Assembly: GCF_042654545.1 (NCBI RefSeq)
Contig: NZ_JBHSGN010000063.1
Location: 44,477-76,476 of the forward strand
Direction of reading: 5' to 3'
Length of the DNA stretch: 32,000 nucleotides
DNA from: Dysgonomonas termitidis
Lineage (GTDB): Bacteria; Bacteroidota; Bacteroidia; Bacteroidales; Dysgonomonadaceae
In this document: positions 11,810-21,305 of the stretch, piece after piece
How positions within the stretch are numbered: the first letter of the stretch is position 1
Layout: every line of letters begins with the position of its first letter
Program-made: the position numbers and the translations under genes
Notes under the pieces: model-generated
Told to the model about the DNA's origin: nothing
Databases searched by the model: none
Seen by the model: only the letters and a program-made list of their open reading frames with translations

Positions 11810-14227
11810 ATGAGTAACAAACTATTCGGAGCTAATCTTTTATGCTCTTTGCTTTTATTATTTTTTATAAGCAATACATTAAATATATCGGCCCAGCAAT
11901 CAAAAAGTGGGATTATTACCGGGCGTGTGACGGATGCGCAGAAAAAAGCTGTTTATTCGATAGCTGTATCGGTAGAAGGAACTGCAATCGGGGAATATAC
12001 AAGCGAGAGTGGAGAATTTAAGCTGGTCAACGTACCGCCCGGAAATCAGACTATTGTCGTATCGGGTGTGGGGGCAAAGACGGTCAGAGTAAATGTACTG
12101 GTCGAAGCGGGTAAAACTACCCGTGTCCCTGATGTTGAAATAGACAATTCCGTAGAATTACATGAAGTAGCTGTAGAAGGGAAAACCGAAGCCCGGCAAA
12201 AGCAGGAACAAGCTTATGCCATAACCGTGGTCGACCTTAAGCAGTCGTACAATACTGTAGCCCCCCTAAGCAAGATGCTGAGCAATATCTCAAGTGTCCG
12301 TATCCGGGAAGACGGAGGAGTAGGGTCTAATTACAATTTCAGTCTCAATGGCTTTTCAGGAAATCAGGTGAAATTCTTTCTGGATGGGATTCCGATGGAT
12401 AACTTCGGATCTTCGTTCAACCTGAGTAATATCTCTGTGAATATGGCTGAACGTATCGAAGTTTATAAAGGTGTCCTGCCTGTAAGCTTAGGCGCCGATG
12501 CCTTGGGCGGAGCGGTGAATATAATCAGTCGCAAAGATGCCAACTATCTGGATGCATCATACTCTATCGGGTCATTCAATACGCACCGGATATCTCTGAA
12601 TGGAGCTTATACTGACCTGAAAACAGGCTTTACCGTCCGCGCCAATACATTCTTCAATTACTCGGATAACGACTATAAAGTATTCGCTCCTATTAAGGAT
12701 TTGAGTAACGGAAAAACAATTGAAGAACGATGGGTGAAACGTTTCCATGACGATTACCAGTCGATGGGGATAAAATTTGAAACAGGGATAACCAATAAAT
12801 CATACGCTGATTATCTGTTAGCAGGCGTTATCCTGTCAAAGAACGATAAAGATGTACAAACCGGCGCTGTGATAGATGCTGTATACGGTGGTGTAAAATC
12901 CAAAAGCGAGTCGATGATACCGTCTATCCGCTACAAAAAGGATGATCTGTTCGTTGAAGGATTATCCGCTTCATTCTATGGAGCATACAGCATGGTCAAT
13001 TCATTCAGCACAGATACTCTGGCACGCAACTATAACTGGCTGGGTGAATGGCAACCTTCTGATACAAAGGGTGAACGGGGAACTAATTCTTATACCGATT
13101 CCAAAATAAGGAATAGGGAGTGGGTAGCCAATGCCAATATCAGCTATATGATAAATAATCATCAGTCCGTTACGCTGAATCATGTGTTTTCATCTTTAAA
13201 CCGGAAAATTCATGACAAGGTAGATCCTGACAATGAATCGAACAAAATACCTCAAAAATTGACGAAGAACATAACAGGTCTGGGTTGGCAGGTAAAATAC
13301 GATAGGTGGAACGCCAATGTTTTTACTAAATTATACAGTACAAGCAGTTCTACCTATAAGATAATAAACCAGTATAAAGAAGATGAAAGACTCGATAAAG
13401 TAGATGACGATAAAACAAATGTTGGATACGGGGCTGCATTTACTTATTTTATTTTACCCAGATTACAGGCGAAAGTTTCTTATGAAAAGGCTTACCGCTT
13501 GCCGGAAAGCACCGAAATGTTTGGTGACGGACTTAATCAGTTGCGTAATCCCGATCTCAAGCCCGAGAGTAGTAATAATGCGAATCTTGGTTTTATCTTC
13601 GAACAGAATTTAAAAGAACATACAGTCTTCCTCGAAGGTAATTTTATATACAGGGATACGAAAGACTTTATATTAAAAGACCTGACAGAAGCTTCGGCTG
13701 TTACCGGTTATAAAAATATGGGGAAAGTTCTCACTAAAGGTGTAGAGGGCGGAATAAAGTATCAATGGAAAAACCGCCTTCATGCGGGAGCAAATCTGAC
13801 TTATCAGGACATAAAGGATAATCAGAAGTATGAAGAGAATACGGGCACTTATGTAGGAAACGGAAAATCCGAGAATCTCAATTATAAGCGTCGTCTGCCT
13901 AATATCCCTTACTTTTTCGGTCATGGAGACATAGGGGTGCAGTTTCAGAATATAGGGCTAAAAGATTCAGAATTGTCTTTAGACTATTCGATCAATTATA
14001 TGTGGAAGTATTATCTGTCTTTTCCCGGTCTTGGGGCAAAGTCGACCAAAGATGTAATTCCCGAACAGACTTCGCATGATATCTCCCTGGGTTACACGAT
14101 GCAGAATGGGCGTTATAGCGTTATGCTGGAATGTACGAATTTCACGGATGAAAAATTATATGATAACTACAGATTACAGAAGCCGGGTAGGGCATTTAAT
14201 CTGAAATTCCGTTATTTTCTGAAATAA
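11810..14227 (+). CDS. TonB-dependent outer-membrane receptor with N-terminal CarboxypepD_reg-like domain (XusA-like context)
   Basis: 805 aa. Signal peptide ends ...NISAQQ. CarboxypepD_reg-like segment GIITGRVTDAQKKAVYSIAVSVEGTAIGEYTSESGEFKLVNVPPG. Plug motifs IREDGG, FFLDGIPMD and EVYKGVLP. Long barrel. A lipoprotein gene follows 25 nt downstream. Confidence 0.85.
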   Translation: MSNKLFGANLLCSLLLLFFISNTLNISAQQSKSGIITGRVTDAQKKAVYSIAVSVEGTAIGEYTSESGEFKLVNVPPGNQTIVVSGVGAKTVRVNVLVEAGKTTRVPDVEIDNSVELHEVAVEGKTEARQKQEQAYAITVVDLKQSYNTVAPLSKMLSNISSVRIREDGGVGSNYNFSLNGFSGNQVKFFLDGIPMDNFGSSFNLSNISVNMAERIEVYKGVLPVSLGADALGGAVNIISRKDANYLDASYSIGSFNTHRISLNGAYTDLKTGFTVRANTFFNYSDNDYKVFAPIKDLSNGKTIEERWVKRFHDDYQSMGIKFETGITNKSYADYLLAGVILSKNDKDVQTGAVIDAVYGGVKSKSESMIPSIRYKKDDLFVEGLSASFYGAYSMVNSFSTDTLARNYNWLGEWQPSDTKGERGTNSYTDSKIRNREWVANANISYMINNHQSVTLNHVFSSLNRKIHDKVDPDNESNKIPQKLTKNITGLGWQVKYDRWNANVFTKLYSTSSSTYKIINQYKEDERLDKVDDDKTNVGYGAAFTYFILPRLQAKVSYEKAYRLPESTEMFGDGLNQLRNPDLKPESSNNANLGFIFEQNLKEHTVFLEGNFIYRDTKDFILKDLTEASAVTGYKNMGKVLTKGVEGGIKYQWKNRLHAGANLTYQDIKDNQKYEENTGTYVGNGKSENLNYKRRLPNIPYFFGHGDIGVQFQNIGLKDSELSLDYSINYMWKYYLSFPGLGAKSTKDVIPEQTSHDISLGYTMQNGRYSVMLECTNFTDEKLYDNYRLQKPGRAFNLKFRYFLK

Positions 14228-14252
14228 TAAACTATACAATCAGATTTACTTA

Positions 14253-15488
14253 ATGAAAACGAGCATGAAATATATAAATAAAATTACAGCATATATAATC
14301 GCAGGATGTATCGTCTTATTTGCTTCCTCATGCGATGACGATGAATTTGGCACTGAAGAAATTCCTTTTGCTCCTTATGTTCTAAGCCTGGGGATTACAT
14401 CCGGTGGGACAACAGCCTATTATCTCGTTACGGCGGAAGACCTTATGTCGGGGAACATCAATGCGGTAGGCAAAGGAATAGAGCAAAGCGGATTCCATGA
14501 TTATGAGCAGGGCAACCAAACTATTTTTTGTGTGGGCGGTCTTGGAGTTACCAATACTACCGGAGTAGTAAGGGGAGGGGACGGTTACTTGCTTGAAAAA
14601 GGTGAATTTACTTTCAATCAGTCTCTCAGTGCATTTACACAGATTGACAATAACAGTATGATGGGAATAGAGATTCCCGGTAATGCTGAAGAGGGAAGTA
14701 ATATAACGTTTTATAATGTTGATATTAACAGTGTTGCTATTACCAGTCGCAAGACTGCCCCGATAGCGCCTCTTTCCCAATTCGAATGGCCGAGTATTAC
14801 TGGCTTGTGTATGAGCGGTAATAAGATTTACATGACTTACTTCCATATGAATCCGAAGACATACGAAACCAAATATACCGATACCACTTATGTTGCTGTA
14901 TATTCTTATCCTGAAATGACATTGGACAAGGTGATGAAAGATACGCGTACAGGCCCGGCCGGATCGTGGTATGCGCATAATGGTATATTCAAGGTCGAAT
15001 CGGGGGATATGTATATCATGTCTAATTCTGCCATTGCCAACGGATATTCGCAGAGTACGAAAAAAGCCGGATTTTTGCGTATACCGGCAGGCACGACCGG
15101 GTTCGACGATTATTTTTTCGATTTCGAGACTAAGTCGGGAGGCTTGAAACCTGCCCATGTAAAGTATATTGGTGACGGTCTGGTATTCGCTGAGGTTAGT
15201 ACCATTAATCCCCAGACAGCAAATGACAGATGGGGAGATAAATCACTGGCATGCTATATAATAGATCTGAACAACCAGTCATTTAAAAAAATACCGGAGA
15301 TTCCTGTACATGACGGGGATGGAGGACGCCGCTTTTCTGTCCTGGTTGACGGTGGATACGTTTATTTCCCTGTAAAGGTAAAGGATGAAGGCGTCTATAT
15401 TTATCGTATCGATCCTAAAACGGCAACAGCGGAGCGGGGAGCTAAAGTCTCTACTAATTTTGTCGGTGGCTTTTTTAAACTTAATTGA
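14253..15488 (+). CDS. Surface lipoprotein partner of the receptor, probably DUF4374 / XusB-like beta-propeller
   Basis: 411 aa with lipoprotein signal ...IIAGCIVLFASSC-DDDE. Size, position immediately after a TonB-dependent receptor and repetitive beta-strand-like composition fit DUF4374. The family name comes from context and recollection and has not been verified. Confidence 0.5.
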   Translation: MKTSMKYINKITAYIIAGCIVLFASSCDDDEFGTEEIPFAPYVLSLGITSGGTTAYYLVTAEDLMSGNINAVGKGIEQSGFHDYEQGNQTIFCVGGLGVTNTTGVVRGGDGYLLEKGEFTFNQSLSAFTQIDNNSMMGIEIPGNAEEGSNITFYNVDINSVAITSRKTAPIAPLSQFEWPSITGLCMSGNKIYMTYFHMNPKTYETKYTDTTYVAVYSYPEMTLDKVMKDTRTGPAGSWYAHNGIFKVESGDMYIMSNSAIANGYSQSTKKAGFLRIPAGTTGFDDYFFDFETKSGGLKPAHVKYIGDGLVFAEVSTINPQTANDRWGDKSLACYIIDLNNQSFKKIPEIPVHDGDGGRRFSVLVDGGYVYFPVKVKDEGVYIYRIDPKTATAERGAKVSTNFVGGFFKLN

Positions 15489-15572
15489 AATATTGTTTGA
15501 TCTTTCTGATCCGAAGAACCTGAGATATCGGTGAATAAATCAGGTTTATGTTGTTAAATCGATTATTAGTCT

Positions 15573-15580
15573 TACCTTTG
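15573..15580 (+). promoter_or_regulatory. Candidate Bacteroides -7 promoter element (TAnnTTTG) for the helicase gene
   Basis: tacctttg matches TAnnTTTG exactly, about 105 nt upstream of the ATG at 15685. The -33 TTTG element is not clear. Confidence 0.35.
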
Positions 15581-15684
15581 TGGCGCAAACAATTTGTGTC
15601 GGTTCTATCCTGTGATTATTTCCCCCACGATTTTGCACATTAATAAATTAAAGATGACTGCCGGAAGAGCAGACTGAATATTAG

Positions 15685-16803
15685 ATGACATCATTTCAAG
15701 AATTAAACATTATAGAGCCGATATTGAGGGCTCTGCAAGAAAAAGGATATACAAATCCAACCCCGATACAACAAGACGCAATCCCCGTAGTTCTCAAAAA
15801 GCAAGATATGCTTGGACTGGCACAAACCGGTACAGGCAAAACAGCAGCATTCTCGATACCGATTATACAACATTTGTATCAGAATAAAATAAGCGGAAGG
15901 AAAAGAGAAATAAGGGCGTTGATCATCACTCCCACCCGTGAACTTGCAATCCAGATTAACGATTGCATCAGGGAATATACCCTGTATACAGGATTACGAC
16001 ATTGTGTGATATTCGGAGGTGTGAAGCAAAAGGCCCAGACCGATGAACTACATAGAGGCATCGACATCCTTGTTGCTACGCCCGGGCGGTTACTGGACTT
16101 AATGAATCAGGGTTTTATAAGCCTGAATGCTATAACTCACTTTGTACTCGATGAAGCTGACCGGATGCTGGATATGGGCTTTATCCATGATATAAAGCGT
16201 TTATTGCCCAAACTGCCAAAGGATAAGCAGACTCTGTTCTTCTCGGCTACAATGCCTCCGGCTATAGCTGCACTTTCACGTTCTATATTAAGGAATCCTG
16301 TCAGGGTGGAAGTCGCTCCCGTTTCGTCCGTGGTGGATGTGATCGAGCAAAGTGTTTACTTTGTAGAAAAACAGGATAAGAAAGATTTGCTTATCAACTT
16401 ACTGAAAAAAGATAAGAAACAATCGGTTCTGGTATTTTCCCGTACGAAGCACGGAGCCGATAAGATAGCACGTTTGCTTTGTAAAGCGGGGATTGGCAGT
16501 GAAGCCATTCACGGGAACAAATCGCAGAATGCCCGTCAAAGAGCATTGGAAAATTTCAAATCGCATAAGACCCGTGTACTTATTGCTACTGATATTGCCG
16601 CCCGCGGAATAGATGTCAATCAGTTGGAACTGGTTATCAATTACGATTTGCCGGATGTCCCTGAAACTTATGTGCACCGTATAGGACGTACAGGGAGGGC
16701 CGGTCATGGCGGTACGGCTCTGACATTTTGTGCTGAGGATGAACGGCCGATGCTTAAAGATATCCAGAAGCTGACAGGCAAAGTATTACCTGTCGCTATT
16801 TAA
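15685..16803 (+). CDS. DEAD-box ATP-dependent RNA helicase (core-only, RhlE-like)
   Basis: 372 aa. Q-motif region GYTNPTPIQ, motif I AQTGTGKT, motif Ia PTRELA, motif II DEAD (VLDEADRMLD), motif III SAT, motif VI HRIGRTGRAG. Confidence 0.93.
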   Translation: MTSFQELNIIEPILRALQEKGYTNPTPIQQDAIPVVLKKQDMLGLAQTGTGKTAAFSIPIIQHLYQNKISGRKREIRALIITPTRELAIQINDCIREYTLYTGLRHCVIFGGVKQKAQTDELHRGIDILVATPGRLLDLMNQGFISLNAITHFVLDEADRMLDMGFIHDIKRLLPKLPKDKQTLFFSATMPPAIAALSRSILRNPVRVEVAPVSSVVDVIEQSVYFVEKQDKKDLLINLLKKDKKQSVLVFSRTKHGADKIARLLCKAGIGSEAIHGNKSQNARQRALENFKSHKTRVLIATDIAARGIDVNQLELVINYDLPDVPETYVHRIGRTGRAGHGGTALTFCAEDERPMLKDIQKLTGKVLPVAI

Positions 16804-16807
16804 ACCT

Positions 16808-16831
16808 ATTTCCGGACAGGAATCCGGAAAT
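16808..16831. terminator. Perfect 9-bp hairpin between convergent genes
   Basis: atttccgga (16808-16816), loop caggaa, tccggaaat (16823-16831). No U-tract on either strand. Possible bidirectional terminator. Confidence 0.4.
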
Positions 16832-16846
16832 AAAAGAAAAGATAAG

Positions 16847-16880
16847 GACCGGATATATTTAGATATAGCCGGTCTTTTTT
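16847..16880 (+). terminator. Intrinsic-terminator-like hairpin plus T6 for the helicase transcript, overlapping the 3' end of the convergent otsAB gene
   Basis: gaccgg (16847-16852) pairs with ccggtc (16869-16874). An inner atat/atat pairing is possible, and tttttt follows at 16875-16880. The structure covers the otsAB stop codon (16859-16861) and its last codons. Confidence 0.5.
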
Positions 16881-19045
16881 CCCTTCATTAGTTTATTCAG
16901 AAATAGTACGGTTTGTTCCTGTGTCGGCAGATTGTACAATGCAGCATTGGAACTCTGGCCAACTTTAATTGTTATTGCATCTTGCGGCAATGCCAGAAAC
17001 ATCTCTTCATCGGTAGTATCATCTCCTATAGCCATTATGAAATCGTAGTTTCCTTTCCCGATCAACCTTCTGGCCTCCGAACCTTTGCTAATATCGCCGT
17101 ATTTTACTTCTACTATCTTATTTCCTCTCATTATCTGTAAGTTGTTACGTGCACAAGGATTTAGCAAAGCATTGATAAGTTGGGTGACACGCAGGTCGGC
17201 AAGCCAGATGTCCACGTTCCGGTAATGCCACACCAGTGCCGTATCTTTTACCTCCATTTTCGAACGCGGGGTTCTTTTTACAATTTGTTTGATTATGTTT
17301 GGTATTTCCTCATCCCATTCTACTTTCTGGGCGGTTTGATACCATATCCCATCTTCCCGGTAAAAGGCACCATGTTCGGCAGCCAGTCCTATTGGCAGAT
17401 GCCCAAGCCATTTATCGAGGGTTTGCTTGTCGCGCCCGCTACTTATGACTACATGATTTCCCGGGTAGGTACTTAATTCTTCCAATATTTTGAGCAGGTC
17501 GGGTGTCGGATATGCTTGCATCGGCTCTTTTCTGAATGGTGATAATGTTCCGTCATAGTCAAGTATAATCAGCCTGTTTTGAGTTTTATCATACGCTTGC
17601 TTAATGATATCGAAGTTCGTTTTTTCAACGATCTTTTGTTGCAATGCGTCGTTTTTGGATTTTATGCTGGTCAGCTCCTCTATAAAATCCTGGGCCCATT
17701 GATTGACTGTTTGAGTGGATATGATTTCCTGCATAGATGCTATGGTTTTTAACTGTTCATCCAAAGGCATTTCCAATGCTTGTACTATTGCATTCTCTAT
17801 CTCTTTGGTATCTGTAGGATTCACTATGATGGCATCAGACAATTCTATGGAAGCTCCGGCCATTTCACTCAAAATAAGGACACCCGGCTCATTTCTCTTG
17901 GTAGCAGGATATTCTTTGGCAACCAGATTCATTCCGTCCCGGAGCGGGGTTACCAGGGCTATATCTGCTATATGGTAAAGGGCAGCCAGTTCCTCGAAAT
18001 TGAATGCCCGGTAAAAGTAATAGACGGGAGTCCAGTCGATCGTTGAATGTTTCCCATTGATTGCTCCCACTTTCATATCTATATCCTTCTTTAGTTCGGC
18101 ATAAATATCCACATTGTCGCGGGAAGGGGCTACAATCATTACCAATGAAACTTTACCTGTATATTCCGGATGATTGTCGAGAAACTCTTCAAAACTTTTG
18201 AGCCGGATCATAATTCCCTTGCTGTAATCCAATCTGTCTACAGATAAGATTAGCTTACCTGTTCCGAAACTCGCCCTGAGCTCTTCTGCATTTTTGTTTA
18301 TATCGGGATTTAATAAAGCATTGTGGAACATATCATAGTTGATACCCATAGGGAAAGCATCCACATCGACCACGCGCCTGTCCATTTGTATTTCATCCAG
18401 ATTACAATCCAGCTTCAATACCCGGTAAACAGCACTTATAAAGTGGCGCATATAGCTGTGAGTATGGAATGCCACTAGATCCGCTCCCAGCAGTCCGTTC
18501 AGTATTTCAGCCCTTTCGGGCAAGCCGCGAAACAATTCGTAAGAGGGGAAAGGAATATGGTGGAAATACCCGATGCTGATATCGGATACTTTATCCCGGA
18601 TCATTTTGGGCAATAACATCAACTGATAATCCTGTATCCATACAATATCTCCGGGTTCTATAATTTCCAGAGCTGCTTCACAAAATAAATTATTGACCTC
18701 TTTATAAGCTTCCCAGTATTTGTTTTCGTAGTGCATATAGTTGGAGAAGTAATGGCAGAGCGGCCAAAGTACGCTATTGCTATATCCTTCATAATAGTTC
18801 TCTATCTGTTCGGGAGATAAATAGACCGGATGAAAGTTTTGCCCTTCGAGCTGGTCATCTATAATTTCTTTTTCTTTGCAATCGTCGAGGTACATTCCCG
18901 GCCAGCCGATCCAGTGCTTTTCCATCTTCATTTCCAACGAATCGAGACCTGTAGACAATCCTCCCGGACTGGATATTACTTTATATATGTTATTTTTTTC
19001 AACTATTTTGAGTGGTAACCTGTTAGATATTATAATAAGTTTCAT
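16859..19045 (-). CDS. otsAB: Bifunctional trehalose-6-phosphate synthase (GT20) / trehalose-6-phosphate phosphatase (HAD) fusion
   Basis: 728 aa. The N-terminal two thirds are OtsA-like (MKLIIISNRLPLK, GWPG, VWIQDYQLMLLP, GYFHHIPFPS, DGMNLVAKEY). The C-terminal third is HAD phosphatase-like (LIILDYDGTLSPF with the DxDGT motif, ISSGR, GDDTTDEEMF). Confidence 0.92.
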   Translation of the reverse strand: MKLIIISNRLPLKIVEKNNIYKVISSPGGLSTGLDSLEMKMEKHWIGWPGMYLDDCKEKEIIDDQLEGQNFHPVYLSPEQIENYYEGYSNSVLWPLCHYFSNYMHYENKYWEAYKEVNNLFCEAALEIIEPGDIVWIQDYQLMLLPKMIRDKVSDISIGYFHHIPFPSYELFRGLPERAEILNGLLGADLVAFHTHSYMRHFISAVYRVLKLDCNLDEIQMDRRVVDVDAFPMGINYDMFHNALLNPDINKNAEELRASFGTGKLILSVDRLDYSKGIMIRLKSFEEFLDNHPEYTGKVSLVMIVAPSRDNVDIYAELKKDIDMKVGAINGKHSTIDWTPVYYFYRAFNFEELAALYHIADIALVTPLRDGMNLVAKEYPATKRNEPGVLILSEMAGASIELSDAIIVNPTDTKEIENAIVQALEMPLDEQLKTIASMQEIISTQTVNQWAQDFIEELTSIKSKNDALQQKIVEKTNFDIIKQAYDKTQNRLIILDYDGTLSPFRKEPMQAYPTPDLLKILEELSTYPGNHVVISSGRDKQTLDKWLGHLPIGLAAEHGAFYREDGIWYQTAQKVEWDEEIPNIIKQIVKRTPRSKMEVKDTALVWHYRNVDIWLADLRVTQLINALLNPCARNNLQIMRGNKIVEVKYGDISKGSEARRLIGKGNYDFIMAIGDDTTDEEMFLALPQDAITIKVGQSSNAALYNLPTQEQTVLFLNKLMKGKKTGYI

Positions 19046-19103
19046 CTTTTCGATTTTTAATAATTAAAAGTTGCCGGAGTATCCGGAGATATTCCTGACA
19101 ATG

Positions 19104-19131
19104 TATTTCTTTCAGATCAGGGAAAGAAATA
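19104..19131. promoter_or_regulatory. Perfect 10-bp inverted repeat in the otsAB / GH15 divergent control region (candidate operator)
   Basis: tatttctttc (19104-19113), 8-nt spacer agatcagg, gaaagaaata (19122-19131). It lies 59 nt upstream of the otsAB start and 121 nt upstream of the GH15 ATG. Confidence 0.4.
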
Positions 19132-19251
19132 GATAGGAGTAGAAATGTGAATTAATACTAATTAAAACAGAGAAATAGCGTATTTGGTTCAATCAAAGGC
19201 TATATTGTGTTGTAAAGAACGTCATAATCATTGAATAAAAAAAATATAAAC

Positions 19252-21045
19252 ATGCATAATCTAAATTACGGAGTTATAGGGAATTGTAAGTCGGCGGCAT
19301 TGGTATCTGAAAGCGGGAGCATAGATTGGCTATGTGTACCCAATTTTGATTCTCCGTCGGTATTTTCTAAAATTCTGGATAAGAAGTCAGGGGGAAGCTT
19401 CGCTTTCCTGGTATCGGAAGATTATAAATGTTCGCAGCAGTATCTGAAAGGTACTAATATCCTTTGTACCAGATTTGCATCGGATGAAGGGAGTTTCGAA
19501 GTACTTGATTTTATGCCCAGATACAGGACTATGCAAATGGATTACTTTTACCCTGCTGAGATTTACCGCTATATCCGTTTACTTGCAGGCGAGCCGCGTT
19601 TCCGTGTCAAATATGAACCTGTAATGAATTATGCGAAAGAAACAGCGGTTCACCGTAAATTTGAGGATTGCATAAAAACATCTTCGTGCGAAAATGTCAG
19701 GGATAATATGTATCTGTATTCAAGTATTGATTTTGATACGATACTAAATGAAGAAGAAATGATACTCAAAAAAGAGGAGTTTCTGATGTTATCCTATAGT
19801 CAAAAACTTGTCTCCATAGATATCGACCGGGTTTATCTCGAATACCAGCGGACCAAAGTCTATTGGCTGAACTGGAATAGCCGTTCCCGTAAATTTGTCC
19901 AATACAATGATGTCATATCCCGTAGTTTATTGATATTGAAATTGATGTCTACTCAGGATTCAGGGGCGGTAATCGCCGCTCTGACGACCAGTATGCCCGA
20001 AACGATAGGGGAGGTGCGCAACTGGGACTACCGCTTTTGTTGGATAAGGGATGCTTCCATGTCGATAGAAACTTTGCTGAAAATGGGACATCAGGCTTCG
20101 GCAAAGCGCTTTATGGGATTCATAAAAAGAATATTGAAATCTAAATCCGATTCTTTTCAGATTATGTACGCGATAGATGGCAACCGCATTCTCCGGGAGG
20201 AAATACTGGAGCATTTGTCAGGATATGAGAATTCTCAGCCCGTAAGAATCGGAAATGCAGCGTATAACCAGCGGCAAAACGATTCGTTGGGATACCTTAT
20301 GGATGTTATCTACAATTATTATATTCATTTCCCGGGAACTTTGGACGAAATAGAAGAGATGTGGGAAGTAGTGAAAACTATTGTGAAAACCGTGGCTGTG
20401 GAATGGCGGAATACCGATCAGAGCATCTGGGAATTCCGGAATACGGAGAAGCATTTCGTGTTTTCCAAAGTAATGTGCTGGGTAGCACTGGATAGGGCTG
20501 TGAGCATTGCCACCTTCCTGAATATGCCTGAATATGAGATAGAATGGAAAGAACAGGCCGAACTTATAAAAAACGATGTATTGACAAACGGGTGGAATGA
20601 AGAAATACAGAGTTTTACCCAGGCATATGACAATTGTGATGTAGACTCTTCCCTCTTGTTGATGGAACAATACGGATTTATTGAACCGGATAATGAGAAG
20701 TTTATCAAAACCGTGAAGAAAATAAAGGAAGAATTGTTTTATAACGGGTTGATGTACCGGTATAAAAATAATGACGACTTTGGCTTGCCTTCTTCTTCTT
20801 TCACTATTTGTACATTCTGGCTGATAAGGGCATTGTACGTTACGGGCGAAACGGATGAAGCTTTGAAAATATTCAATGAATTGCTTACATATTCAAATCA
20901 TTTGGGTTTATTCAGTGAGGATTTGGATTTTGATACGAAGAGGCAGTTGGGGAATTTTCCTCAGGCTTATTCCCATCTGGCATTGATAAACACGGCATTG
21001 TTATTCTCAGATGAGCGTCCATTCTCTAAATTTGTCAGGGCGTGA
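19252..21045 (+). CDS. GH15 glycoside hydrolase (glucoamylase / trehalase-type)
   Basis: The N-terminus from the ATG at 19252, MHNLNYGVIGNCKSAALVSESGSIDWLCVPNFDSPSVFSKIL, is the characteristic GH15-related N-terminal signature. WDYRFCWIRDAS and FPQAYSHLALI are also present. The track ORF begins at a TTG (19231), and the ATG 21 nt downstream is more plausible. Confidence 0.85.
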   Translation: MHNLNYGVIGNCKSAALVSESGSIDWLCVPNFDSPSVFSKILDKKSGGSFAFLVSEDYKCSQQYLKGTNILCTRFASDEGSFEVLDFMPRYRTMQMDYFYPAEIYRYIRLLAGEPRFRVKYEPVMNYAKETAVHRKFEDCIKTSSCENVRDNMYLYSSIDFDTILNEEEMILKKEEFLMLSYSQKLVSIDIDRVYLEYQRTKVYWLNWNSRSRKFVQYNDVISRSLLILKLMSTQDSGAVIAALTTSMPETIGEVRNWDYRFCWIRDASMSIETLLKMGHQASAKRFMGFIKRILKSKSDSFQIMYAIDGNRILREEILEHLSGYENSQPVRIGNAAYNQRQNDSLGYLMDVIYNYYIHFPGTLDEIEEMWEVVKTIVKTVAVEWRNTDQSIWEFRNTEKHFVFSKVMCWVALDRAVSIATFLNMPEYEIEWKEQAELIKNDVLTNGWNEEIQSFTQAYDNCDVDSSLLLMEQYGFIEPDNEKFIKTVKKIKEELFYNGLMYRYKNNDDFGLPSSSFTICTFWLIRALYVTGETDEALKIFNELLTYSNHLGLFSEDLDFDTKRQLGNFPQAYSHLALINTALLFSDERPFSKFVRA

Positions 21046-21198
21046 TTTATAATAATTGTATAAGAGATAGATTTCGTACGGGGTAAGATCAGGTCAATGT
21101 TCTTGCTGTTACTATGTACGCTATTTTCTTTGTTATATATGTTATTGCCACATTTATCCCTTTAATTTAATTTTTCGTTTTTGGTATCACTATAATTT

Positions 21199-21238
21199 GG
21201 TATTAAATGGTATATATATAATCATATATGGTGATTGT
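21199..21238 (+). promoter_or_regulatory. Bipartite conserved motif, copy B (ggtatWaaat - 18 nt - tatggtgattgt)
   Basis: ggtattaaat at 21199-21208 and tatggtgattgt at 21227-21238, with an 18-nt spacer. TTTG at 21196-21199 abuts box 1. The motif ends 68 nt upstream of the receptor ATG at 21306. Compared with copy A at 11719-11758, box 2 is 12/12 identical, box 1 is 9/10 identical, and the spacing is the same. Confidence 0.5.
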
Positions 21239-21305
21239 CTGGAATGTGTCATTATCGTAGGTTTGTGTCGATTTTATTTCACAAATTGACATTTTAAATA
21301 AAGCG

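Noticed and set aside
21097-21165. 22-codon hydrophobic micro-ORF (MFLLLLCTLFSLLYMLLPHLSL) upstream of the second receptor.
   Set aside because: T-rich sequence readily gives Leu/Phe-rich frames, and there is no supporting signal.
21211-21229. AT-rich stretch tatatatataatcatatat with partial resemblance to the enterobacterial Fur box GATAATGATAATCATTATC.
   Set aside because: Only about 11 of 19 positions match, in sequence that is almost pure A/T. The matching copy upstream of the other receptor does not share this stretch. The conserved element is the flanking bipartite motif instead.
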